DNA from: a virus | Taxonomy: Duplodnaviria; Caudoviricetes | IMG/VR virus record: IMGVR_UViG_3300027881_000012 | Location: 1,065-65,064 of that record | Length of the DNA stretch: 64,000 nucleotides | Strand: one strand, 5' to 3' | Shown here: piece after piece, positions 7,724 to 16,195 of the stretch | How positions within the stretch are numbered: position 1 is the first letter of the stretch | Layout of the letters: each line of letters opens with the position of its first letter | Program-made: the position numbers and the translations under genes | Notes under the pieces: model-generated | What the model saw: the letters and a program-made list of their open reading frames with translations, nothing else | Database searches by the model: none | Told to the model about the DNA's origin: nothing

Positions 7724-7829
7724 TGAAGTACGTCAAAGTGGGATAAAAAAGCTAAAGTTAAGCACAAAGCGGCCGATATAATGAATACCAGCTATTATCA
7801 TATAACAACATAAAAAGAGAGGTAGCTTA

Positions 7830-8012
7830 ATGAAAACAAGAATAAAAATGATCGAGGCAAAACACATGAACCAGGGCCAAGAAAAAACCATAAATGATGA
7901 GATCTGTATTCTCGAGGCCAGCCCGAATGTAGAAATAAAATCGGTTAAAACACACTTTCTGCCTGGCTGTGGCTATTCGGCAATAATCACTTACACCATA
8001 AAGGATGAGTAA
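7830..8012 (+). CDS. Small early protein
   Basis: GAGG SD; first gene after the promoter. Confidence 0.65.
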   Translation: MKTRIKMIEAKHMNQGQEKTINDEICILEASPNVEIKSVKTHFLPGCGYSAIITYTIKDE

Positions 8013-8026
8013 AAAGGAGCTTAAAT

Positions 8027-8482
8027 ATGAATTCGATCACTTTAACTTTAGCGCAGGCCGTAACCATGTATGAGGATCATTTCAAAATCGAAATGAACCC
8101 CGAGCTGCCCTACCAGGACGCCGCTAAAATGGTTCTGGATGAAGTCGGCCAGGCCGAATTTTCAAGACGCCTATCCTATTTAACCGATACTGGAAACTGG
8201 ATAAAAGACGATCCAGGCCGCAGAGCAAAACGCGCACAAAAAACAAATCTGGAAACAACACGCGGAAACGCGCCGGAGTGCCCGAAATGCGGAAACTGGA
8301 ACGCCATGCTTGATGGGGCTCTCGCCCAGGATAATTACCGCCGCTTTTTTCAATGCCGCGATTGTGACCATAAGGTTTTCAAGGATAGCGCCATTATTAT
8401 TCTGAAAGAGGCCGATGAGCCAGGCATGGGCGCTGATACTACCTACCATGAGGTCAAGCGAATTGATGGGGAAAAATTCTAA
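8027..8482 (+). CDS. Zn-ribbon early protein
   Basis: CPKC...CRDC; AAGGAG SD. Confidence 0.7.
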   Translation: MNSITLTLAQAVTMYEDHFKIEMNPELPYQDAAKMVLDEVGQAEFSRRLSYLTDTGNWIKDDPGRRAKRAQKTNLETTRGNAPECPKCGNWNAMLDGALAQDNYRRFFQCRDCDHKVFKDSAIIILKEADEPGMGADTTYHEVKRIDGEKF

Positions 8483-8623
8483 TGACATACCGATTCAGAA
8501 TGGAGCATTATCTAACCTTTAAACGCGCAACTATCACCGTCAAATGCTCGGATCCGGCCGTAGTTATCGCCCGCCTGGCCCGAGCCGGCTGGATTGTGCA
8601 AATTCATTATGAGGTAGCGATTT

Positions 8624-8863
8624 ATGACATTCAAAGTTAAACAGGTACTTGTTTTAGTGGCAATGGTCGGCATGATGATCTTGGGCTTTTCTATTGGCCA
8701 GGAAAGGGCCCGCCAGGCCTGCATCGATGCTGTGGCTGAAAACTGCGAGTATATTTGTGGTGTTGGCTCCGATTTTTATTATCCGGATCAAGAGGCTCGA
8801 GAGTCGGATCCGGATTCAGAGCCGGTCAATGATACCGCGATCGCATTTAATCAAGGGTGGTAA
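8624..8863 (+). CDS. Small membrane or secreted protein
   Basis: N-terminal hydrophobic helix; GAGG SD. Confidence 0.6.
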   Translation: MTFKVKQVLVLVAMVGMMILGFSIGQERARQACIDAVAENCEYICGVGSDFYYPDQEARESDPDSEPVNDTAIAFNQGW

Positions 8864-9001
8864 ACATGAGAATTTTCGTTATGGAATTAACCCAGGGCAA
8901 ATGCCGGTCAAAGGTCGATGATAAGATGATCGAGTCTTTAAAGGGCCATCTTACGGCCGATGAATTGGTATTGCTCCAAATGGTAGCCTCGGAGAATAAA
9001 A

Positions 9002-9280
9002 ATGATAGATTGGATGAAACTTAAAGACGATGAAGTGGTGGCAATTAACCACATAGCAAAAAAGGCCTGCCAGATGATGGCGGTCATGGACTTTGATTTT
9101 ATGAAATTGGAAATGGACTTGCAGGCCGCGCACTTAGCCGTCGGCCTGGATCTTGACCAGCTGTATTACGGCGATAACGGCGACTTTAACCACGACGTAG
9201 CCGGCATTGTGGCCAATATTGACCGGACCACTGGCGAAATGAGAAACAGCTTTTTGCCGCGCTGCGCCACCAAACAATAA
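9002..9280 (+). CDS. DUF6874-like phage protein
   Basis: MDL.AAH....LDLDQL......DF.HDVAGI..NIDRTTG.M...FLPR. Confidence 0.7.
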   Translation: MIDWMKLKDDEVVAINHIAKKACQMMAVMDFDFMKLEMDLQAAHLAVGLDLDQLYYGDNGDFNHDVAGIVANIDRTTGEMRNSFLPRCATKQ

Positions 9281-9289
9281 AGGGGGCTT

Positions 9290-9505
9290 ATGGGTTTTGT
9301 AATCGCTACCGCCGCCTGTATAGGCTGCAATAAATTCTTTACTTTCAATCCTCATAAGGTGCCGTCGGTCCGGATCCAGGGCCGGCGCGAGCCGGTATGC
9401 CGCGCTTGCATCGAGGCCGCAAATCCGGAGCGCATCAAAAACGGTCTGGATCCGGTCAAGATCTTACCAGGCGCCTATGAATCGTTTGACGAATACGAAT
9501 TATAG
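9290..9505 (+). CDS. Zn-finger hypothetical protein
   Basis: CIGC..FTFNP.KVPS...PVCRAC. Confidence 0.7.
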   Translation: MGFVIATAACIGCNKFFTFNPHKVPSVRIQGRREPVCRACIEAANPERIKNGLDPVKILPGAYESFDEYEL

Positions 9506-9521
9506 AAAGGGGGGATATGAT

Positions 9522-9605
9522 ATGAACCTTTTTGATTTAATTTTCAACATGAAAACCTTAATGGTCCTTGCTGTTGTTCTAATCGTTCTAAAAATTGTTT
9601 TCTAA
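9522..9605 (+). CDS. 27-aa hydrophobic mini-protein (MNLFDLIFNMKTLMVLAVVLIVLKIVF)
   Basis: Hand translation; AAAGGGGG upstream; fills the gap. Confidence 0.5.
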   Translation: MNLFDLIFNMKTLMVLAVVLIVLKIVF

Positions 9606-9614
9606 GGGGGCTCG

Positions 9615-9818
9615 ATGATTACTAAAAAATGTGATTGCGGGGCCGATATTGCCTTTGTGCAAATGGCCTCCGGAAAGAAAATGCCGATCGATGAAAAGGC
9701 CGAGCAGATGGTTTGGATTGACCAGGAACACGCCGGCCACATGATGAAAGTTTACCGGCCTCATTGGGGTACTTGCCCACTGGCCAAACAGTTCAAAAAG
9801 AAAAAGAAAGGAGATTAA
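9615..9818 (+). CDS. Zn-binding hypothetical protein
   Basis: CDCGADI.F....SGKKMPID...HWGTC. Confidence 0.75.
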   Translation: MITKKCDCGADIAFVQMASGKKMPIDEKAEQMVWIDQEHAGHMMKVYRPHWGTCPLAKQFKKKKKGD

Positions 9819-9823
9819 GACCG

Positions 9824-10909
9824 ATGGTTGATCCAAAAAAACAATTAGCAGACGCGCTGGCGAAAGCCAAAAAGGATAAATGCAATATCCTTACGCCGGC
9901 GATTACAACCGGCGGGATAACTAAGCTCCATGCAGTTACGACCGAGCAAATAGAGCTCTCGCCCAATCCTAAAGACGGCGACGTTTACCCGCATGATAAA
10001 ACCAAAATGATCGTTGCCAACAAGGGCCTTGAAAAGCTGGCCCTGCTGGCCAATATCCAAATGAACAAATCGATTAGGACCGATCCACAAAACGACCGCC
10101 AGTATATCAGCTACCAGGCCGGCGGTTTTTTATGGAAAGCGGACGCCTCGGCCGTTATGTGCATCAAATCTTATGCTATGGATTTTGAAGTGATCGAGGA
10201 AGAAGTTTTAGAAATGTACCAGGACCGCATGAAAAAATATGTCAAGGACAAGGCCGCTAATCAGTGGCCGAATAATCTTGACGATCGCCAGCGTAGCGAG
10301 TGGATCCACGATAAGGCTAAAAAGGAAGTCCGCCGGCGCCGCAAATTTAAAGAACAACTTTGCGAGTCCGGCGCCCAGGCCAGGGTCAAGCGCGAGCTGT
10401 TAGGCCTTAAAGGCTGGTACTCGGCCGATGAATTGAAAAAGCCCTTTGTGGTGGTCCGCGTTACCCTAAAACCGGATTATGACGATCCGGAAATTAAAAG
10501 GCTTATGTTTGAGCGGGCCATGAGCGCCCAGGGTCAAATATTCGGTACGGCGCCTGGTTCAGCTATCACCCACCAGCCGGCGCCGCAAATTAGCCATGAA
10601 CAGCCACCAATCGAACCGGCCGCTATTCCTAATGGGGATCTGGACGAGGATATACCGGACGCCGATTACGAGGACGCCGCCACCGAGGCCGCCGGCGAAA
10701 ATGGCGCTCCGGATCCGGCCGAGGTTGCCCGCGCTGATTTTGACGGCGCTCACACTTCAAGCAAGCTCGAGATCTTAAATAAACTCATCAAACAAAAGGC
10801 GTATGACAAAAAGCAGCTGAAAAGGCCTATGGAAAACTGGACCGATAAGCAGCTGGTATCTTTTTATGATGCCCTGGTCGATATGCCCGATGATGATATT
10901 CCATTCTAA
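9824..10909 (+). CDS. Putative recombination/annealing protein with an SSB-like C-terminal tail
   Basis: Start at MVDPKK (AAGGAG SD); upstream of sbcDC; acidic linker; ends MPDDDIPF. Confidence 0.55.
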   Translation: MVDPKKQLADALAKAKKDKCNILTPAITTGGITKLHAVTTEQIELSPNPKDGDVYPHDKTKMIVANKGLEKLALLANIQMNKSIRTDPQNDRQYISYQAGGFLWKADASAVMCIKSYAMDFEVIEEEVLEMYQDRMKKYVKDKAANQWPNNLDDRQRSEWIHDKAKKEVRRRRKFKEQLCESGAQARVKRELLGLKGWYSADELKKPFVVVRVTLKPDYDDPEIKRLMFERAMSAQGQIFGTAPGSAITHQPAPQISHEQPPIEPAAIPNGDLDEDIPDADYEDAATEAAGENGAPDPAEVARADFDGAHTSSKLEILNKLIKQKAYDKKQLKRPMENWTDKQLVSFYDALVDMPDDDIPF

Positions 10910-10922
10910 AGGAGTGTTTCAC

Positions 10923-11255
10923 ATGAAGCAGAAAGCTAGACCGGAATTTCCGCCGGACCGCATTAAGCGGATCCGCGCCTATTTCAAGGAAAACGCTGAA
11001 ACATTCGCCAGGCGTTTTGAAGTTACCGGCAAAACGGTTGAGGCATGGGAACAAAACCGGCGCCAGGTCAAAGGGCCCGCCCTGGTGGTTTTCCGCCAGG
11101 TGGCCGAGGTAATGAAACATTATTGCCCTGTGTGCTCGCGCATCCTCTCAAAGGTCGGCCGCAAAAAGTATTGCCGCGTTTGTGAGGTAGGCGGTGGCCG
11201 CGTTCTCGAATTTAATAACGGTTATATTCCAAAAGTGACGAAAGGAAAGAGCTAA
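10923..11255 (+). CDS. XRE HTH plus Zn-ribbon DNA-binding protein
   Basis: IKRIR...ETFARRFEVTGKTVEAWEQNRR; CPVC...CRVC. Confidence 0.75.
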   Translation: MKQKARPEFPPDRIKRIRAYFKENAETFARRFEVTGKTVEAWEQNRRQVKGPALVVFRQVAEVMKHYCPVCSRILSKVGRKKYCRVCEVGGGRVLEFNNGYIPKVTKGKS

Positions 11256-12481
11256 TGAAAATCATTCATACCGCAGATTGGCACCTTGATGCCAACATAG
11301 TAGAGGCCGGCCGCTGCCTAAAGTTTTTGGTGAACGAGGCCTCGCGGATCCAGCCGGATCTTACGATCATAGCCGGCGATATGTTCAACTCGGCCGATGT
11401 GCGCCTGGATTCCCAGGCCGCCCGCCTGGCTATGGATACAGTTTGGAAATTAAAAGAGTATTCCAGGTATGGCGTTATCATCTTAATCGGCACACCGTCG
11501 CATGACGGCCTGGCCGCCACTATCTTTGATGGGATCCCTAAAGTGATCGTCGCGGATAAACCTAACTCGATCATCTTTGATGTGCCCGACGTTGGATATG
11601 ATAATTTTTTGGTTTCGGTCCTACCGCAGCCCACAAAGCAGTATCTTGAATCGGTACTCGAGGGGGATATTGAAGATTTAAACATGGCTATGGGCACGAA
11701 ATTAACCGCGATCTGTACCGGTTTCGGCGCCTCGAGCGTTCAATATTCTGGCCCGCATATCTGCGTCGGGCACTTCTCGGTTAGTGGCGCCATGCTCTCG
11801 CCCACTCAACAAATGATCGGCTACGATATTGAGCTGTCCACATTTCAGCTAAAAATGGCTCGGCCTACTCTGTGGTGCCTGGGCCATATCCACCATGCCC
11901 AGGAAGTCGAACCAGGGATCCTTTATTCTGGATCTCTTTATCGCGTTGACTTTGGTGAACGCGCCTCGAGGCCTGGCTTTTGGGTCCATGAAATTATATC
12001 CGCCCAGGATCCAAAAGACGCCCTTAAATGGCTGCATGATGTTCAATCGGTCTTTATGGAAACGCCGGCCAGTACCATGAACAAGGTCAAGCTCGATCGT
12101 TTAGACGCGGATCCGGATGCACCGATCAAGATTGAGGATAGCGAGATCGAGGATAAAATGCAGATCGAGGTCAAATGCTATGCCGATCAAATCGAGGTTT
12201 TAGATTTTCACATTATCAAGGATGATCTAATCGCCAGGGGAGCTAAAGAGGTCGACGTAATTGTGCAAAGGATCCCGCGCCCGAATATCCGCAGCGCCAA
12301 AATCCTGGCCGTTGAGGCCTTGCGCGATAAGCTAATCGCCCGCGCCGAGCTCACCGATGATGAAGTGGCGCCAGGCGTATTGGAGAAAGCGGACCTGGTT
12401 GAAACGATGGAGTCCGAGGCGGTCCTGGCTATCATCAAAGGAAAATTTGCGAAAGGGGGATCTAAGAATGAAATTGATTGA
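11255..12481 (+). CDS. sbcD: SbcD/Mre11-like metallophosphoesterase nuclease
   Basis: HTADWH, AGDMF, GTPSHD, GH, LGHIH, YSGS motifs. Confidence 0.9.
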   Translation: MKIIHTADWHLDANIVEAGRCLKFLVNEASRIQPDLTIIAGDMFNSADVRLDSQAARLAMDTVWKLKEYSRYGVIILIGTPSHDGLAATIFDGIPKVIVADKPNSIIFDVPDVGYDNFLVSVLPQPTKQYLESVLEGDIEDLNMAMGTKLTAICTGFGASSVQYSGPHICVGHFSVSGAMLSPTQQMIGYDIELSTFQLKMARPTLWCLGHIHHAQEVEPGILYSGSLYRVDFGERASRPGFWVHEIISAQDPKDALKWLHDVQSVFMETPASTMNKVKLDRLDADPDAPIKIEDSEIEDKMQIEVKCYADQIEVLDFHIIKDDLIARGAKEVDVIVQRIPRPNIRSAKILAVEALRDKLIARAELTDDEVAPGVLEKADLVETMESEAVLAIIKGKFAKGGSKNEID

Positions 12482-14936
12482 TCTGAAATTAAAAGGCTTT
12501 ATCGGCCTTAAAAAGGGAATGGGCCTTGACGAGATCTCGCTACCGCTCGGGGATCTTTCCGGCCTGGTCGCTTTTGATGGGCCCAATGGCAGGGGCAAAA
12601 CTACCATACTTGAAAACATGCAGCCTTTCCGGACCTTCGCCAGCCGCAGGGGCACTTTGAAAAAGCACTGCTTTGCAAAGGATTCTCAAAAAGAGCTCAC
12701 GTTTGAATATGACGGCGATATTTACCGGACCTTAATCAAGATGGATGCACACACCACTCGACCGGATGAGGGCTTTATTTGGGTAAACGACAAGCCGGTG
12801 GTGGATGGCAAAGTCACCAGCTACGATGAAATGATAAAAACGATCTTCGGATCCTCTAACCTGTTTTTTTGGTCGATCTTCTGCGCTCAGAATTCCAAAA
12901 AGCTAACCGATCTGACAACCGGCAAAATGAAAGAGCTCTTTACAGAATTTTTAAGGCTCGATCGATACGCCGTTTATGAGGATACGGTCAAGCAGGCCCT
13001 CGGCATGGTGGCCGGCTTTGGCCAGGCTGCCGCGTCGACCGCGCTCCGGATCGATGAGGATCTGCAACAACTTAAAGGGATCCGGCCGGCCGAGATCATC
13101 CACGATGAAGGTGATCGCCTGGAAAAAAACCAGGCCATCTTTGAGGAAAACGAAAAGAATATCGCGCTACTGCAAAAAGGCGTTGAGGATGCAAAGGCGG
13201 AAATCGCGGCCAATAATGAAAAGGCCAAACAGCGCAAAGCCTTATCGCTGGATCTTGTCGCTGCAAAGCATGAGCTCACGGATCTATCAGAAGAAAAAGG
13301 CGATAAGCTGACCGCGCTCGCTGAAAAGCAAATGCACATTGATACCGAGATCAAGCGGATCAAGCGAATTTTAGGGGGCGCCCAGGCAATTAAAATAGCT
13401 GCCGATCGATGCTTTGTCATTGATACTCAAAGCAAAGCGTTGACCGGCGAGCTCGATATTGCATACAAGGCCCGCGAGAATCTTCAAAAAGAACGCGAAA
13501 ACCTCAATCATCATGTAGCTGAAAAAGAGCGGATCCTTACCGAGTGCCTAAATAGCCCGCTGGTACTAAAGGCCGAGGAAAACCTGGCCGCCTTGCGCCA
13601 GCGGTTGATCGACGTTCAAGAAACGACGATTGAAAGGGATCCGGATTATACCGTCATGCAGGCCGAGATCAAAGGCTTAGAAAGCCGCTCGAGCGCCCTG
13701 GATAAAAAAGACGCCGATTGTATCAGTGAAAAATGCGGGCTCATTATCGATGCCATCCAGGCCGCTAAAGATCTCAAAGAAAGGCTGTTAGTTGTCAGCG
13801 AGTATGAAAAAGGCTGGCACCTGGGCCACCAGGAAAGTATTGACGAGATCCAGGTAAAACTTTCCGACGGCATTAGCCAGGTTGCCGCCTTAAAGGATAA
13901 ATCCGGCGAGGAAATCAAAGAGTCTAAGATAAACCTATCGGGAGCAAAGGCTAAAGTGCAAATCATCGATGATGATTTAGAGCCGATAAATAAATCGATA
14001 GGCGTTAAGCTGGCTCAAAGAAAAACGCTTGCTGTCGAATTCGGTGATCTTACCGACCTGGCCAAACAGGCGCCGGATCTGGAAATCGCTACCGCCAGGC
14101 TCATAACCCAGGAACAAAACGAGGATGCTATCAAATCGGATCTGGCCGCCCTGGAAAAGGAATATGGCGCTAAGTTCATAGCCGGCAAGGAGAAGATCGA
14201 CAAGGTAGCCGATCGCATGGCCACCATTCACGTTAATGAAAAAGCTGAAAAGGCATGGTCCGATCTTGTCCTCGAGCTAAAGAACGCCGGCCAGGACCAG
14301 GAGCACGTTTCAAAGTGGATCCGCGATTCTGAAATAAAAATTATGGATGCTCAAAAGATGCAAGAAAAGATCGGTGCCATGCACAAGGATCTTGAAAAGG
14401 CCCTGGCCGATCAAAACGTGGTGTCGACCGAGCAGCTGGATTGGAATTATTTAAAAGATGCCTGTGGCAAAAAAGGCTTGCAGGCCTTAGAGATCGACGG
14501 CGTTTCACCGGTTATCGAACAGTACGCCAATGAGCTGTTGATCTCAACATTCGGGCCCATGAATACCATTAAATTTCAAACCCAGGACGAGGATATGAAA
14601 GAGGTTTTAAATATCATCGTCATGGATCCGGACGGCACTGAAACGATGCTTGAAAACAAATCCGGCGGTGAAACGGTATGGATCCTAAAGGCTCTGCGCC
14701 TGGCGCTCACCTTGCTATCAAAGGAAAAATCCGGCCGTAACTTTCAAACGGTCCTCATGGACGAGGAAGACGGCGCCTTATCGCCGGCTAATGCGGTCAA
14801 GTTCATTAGCCTTTATCGATCAATGATGGATCTCGGCGGTTTTGATGATTGCTATTACATATCGCATAAGCATGAGGCCGTCGGATTGGCAAATCACCGG
14901 CTTGTTTTCGGTGAAACAGGCGTTGAAATTGACTAA
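12468..14936 (+). CDS. sbcC: SbcC/Rad50-like SMC ATPase
   Basis: Walker A GPNGRGKTT, long coiled coil, signature KSGGE, Walker B VLMDEEDGAL, ISH. Confidence 0.92.
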   Translation: MKLIDLKLKGFIGLKKGMGLDEISLPLGDLSGLVAFDGPNGRGKTTILENMQPFRTFASRRGTLKKHCFAKDSQKELTFEYDGDIYRTLIKMDAHTTRPDEGFIWVNDKPVVDGKVTSYDEMIKTIFGSSNLFFWSIFCAQNSKKLTDLTTGKMKELFTEFLRLDRYAVYEDTVKQALGMVAGFGQAAASTALRIDEDLQQLKGIRPAEIIHDEGDRLEKNQAIFEENEKNIALLQKGVEDAKAEIAANNEKAKQRKALSLDLVAAKHELTDLSEEKGDKLTALAEKQMHIDTEIKRIKRILGGAQAIKIAADRCFVIDTQSKALTGELDIAYKARENLQKERENLNHHVAEKERILTECLNSPLVLKAEENLAALRQRLIDVQETTIERDPDYTVMQAEIKGLESRSSALDKKDADCISEKCGLIIDAIQAAKDLKERLLVVSEYEKGWHLGHQESIDEIQVKLSDGISQVAALKDKSGEEIKESKINLSGAKAKVQIIDDDLEPINKSIGVKLAQRKTLAVEFGDLTDLAKQAPDLEIATARLITQEQNEDAIKSDLAALEKEYGAKFIAGKEKIDKVADRMATIHVNEKAEKAWSDLVLELKNAGQDQEHVSKWIRDSEIKIMDAQKMQEKIGAMHKDLEKALADQNVVSTEQLDWNYLKDACGKKGLQALEIDGVSPVIEQYANELLISTFGPMNTIKFQTQDEDMKEVLNIIVMDPDGTETMLENKSGGETVWILKALRLALTLLSKEKSGRNFQTVLMDEEDGALSPANAVKFISLYRSMMDLGGFDDCYYISHKHEAVGLANHRLVFGETGVEID

Positions 14937-15217
14937 AAACCTACAAAGTGGGGAAAAATAGGCTCGCTTTTTGAGCCTACCCCACGATCGCGGAGTGGTC
15001 AAAATGGCACCATTTCTTAAATTCATCGCGGTTAATTTTGGAGTCCTACGCGAGGATCACATTCTAACTACCTGGGGCCCTGGGATCCGGAGATCGTATC
15101 ACCTGGGGCCTCTCAGCGTCGTATCTGATATAATTGTCTTATATGGCAGTAGTTTACTACACTTCCAGCACACAAAAGGCCTTATATCATTGACGCCAGA
15201 ATGGGTGAGGGGGTACA

Positions 15218-15655
15218 ATGAAATTGAAACCAAGATCTGAATACGATGAACAAGTGGCTATTTTTCAATGGGCTATGGTTTACCAGGCTACCTGGCCGGA
15301 TCTATTCTTAATAAATGGATCCATTATGGGTGGCACTGGCATGAGGCCCAAAATCTTAAACAAGCTGGCAAAGGCCGGCATGAAGAAAGGAAAGCCAGAT
15401 ATAAACTTACCGATCGCTCGCGGGGGATACATTGGGCTATGGATCGAATTAAAGCGCAGAGGGGGCCCAGATCCCTCAGAGGATCAAATCAGATGGTTAG
15501 TAAGGCTAAACGGTGCAGGGCATCTTGCGGTTTGTTGTAAAGGATCTGACGCAGCCATCCGGACTATAAAACAGTACGTTACCGGCGAATTAGTCAAAGG
15601 AGAGGTTTCTGATGCTATCCAAATTAACGAATCAACAGGGGTTCACCCTAATTGA
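15218..15655 (+). CDS. VRR-NUC (PD-(D/E)xK) nuclease, possible resolvase
   Basis: GMKKGKPD...LWIELK...SEDQ..W...L...G. Confidence 0.88.
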   Translation: MKLKPRSEYDEQVAIFQWAMVYQATWPDLFLINGSIMGGTGMRPKILNKLAKAGMKKGKPDINLPIARGGYIGLWIELKRRGGPDPSEDQIRWLVRLNGAGHLAVCCKGSDAAIRTIKQYVTGELVKGEVSDAIQINESTGVHPN

Positions 15656-15986
15656 AATGGTCGCGGTCATGGTAATTGTAGGCATCATGGCCTCGGTCGG
15701 AGTTGTAAAGTATGAGCGATTTACCAAGACCGCAATCGAAAATGAATTTTATATCGCGCTGCGCGAGCTCAATGTGAGGGAGTCTTTACATTTTTTTGAT
15801 GCTCGCCTATCCGATACATACATCGATGATGAAAACATTTTCGATCGGATTAATTTTGACCTGGGCGCCGCTCGATGGCGGAGCGGGCCGGCCAGTACCG
15901 GCGGCCAGCTGCAAATTCAAGGGGCGGTCGCGGTTTTAAGCAGGGCGGAAAGTAGCCGCGCCGGTCCGGCTCAATGGACAAAATGA
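15612..15986 (+). CDS. Type IV pilin/pseudopilin with a prepilin peptidase cleavage site
   Basis: NQQG|FTLIEMVAVMVIVGIMASVG: G-1, F+1, E+5 and a hydrophobic helix. Confidence 0.88.
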   Translation: MLSKLTNQQGFTLIEMVAVMVIVGIMASVGVVKYERFTKTAIENEFYIALRELNVRESLHFFDARLSDTYIDDENIFDRINFDLGAARWRSGPASTGGQLQIQGAVAVLSRAESSRAGPAQWTK

Positions 15987-16195
15987 TGGATGAAATACCT
16001 AAACACGTTGGAATATTTGCCGGCTCAAAGATATATTATGCGGATCCGCATGATATGGAAAGGGCTAAACGGTGGGGTAGGCTCATTCACACCGAGAAAG
16101 GCCTGGCGTTTTATATTTGGAATAATGTTACCTACGTCGCGCCGATCGATGATCCGCCTATGCTTCAACTCCTAATCGGTGGAAAGGGCTCTTAG
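15974..16195 (+). CDS. Hypothetical protein, last gene of the + operon
   Basis: Stop codon overlaps the stop of the convergent giant gene. Confidence 0.6.
   Translation: MDKMMDEIPKHVGIFAGSKIYYADPHDMERAKRWGRLIHTEKGLAFYIWNNVTYVAPIDDPPMLQLLIGGKGS

Noticed and set aside
14971-15240. 89-aa ORF between sbcC and VRR-NUC
   Set aside because: No clear SD or motif, and an in-frame TAG just upstream; may be a remnant, not supportable as a gene
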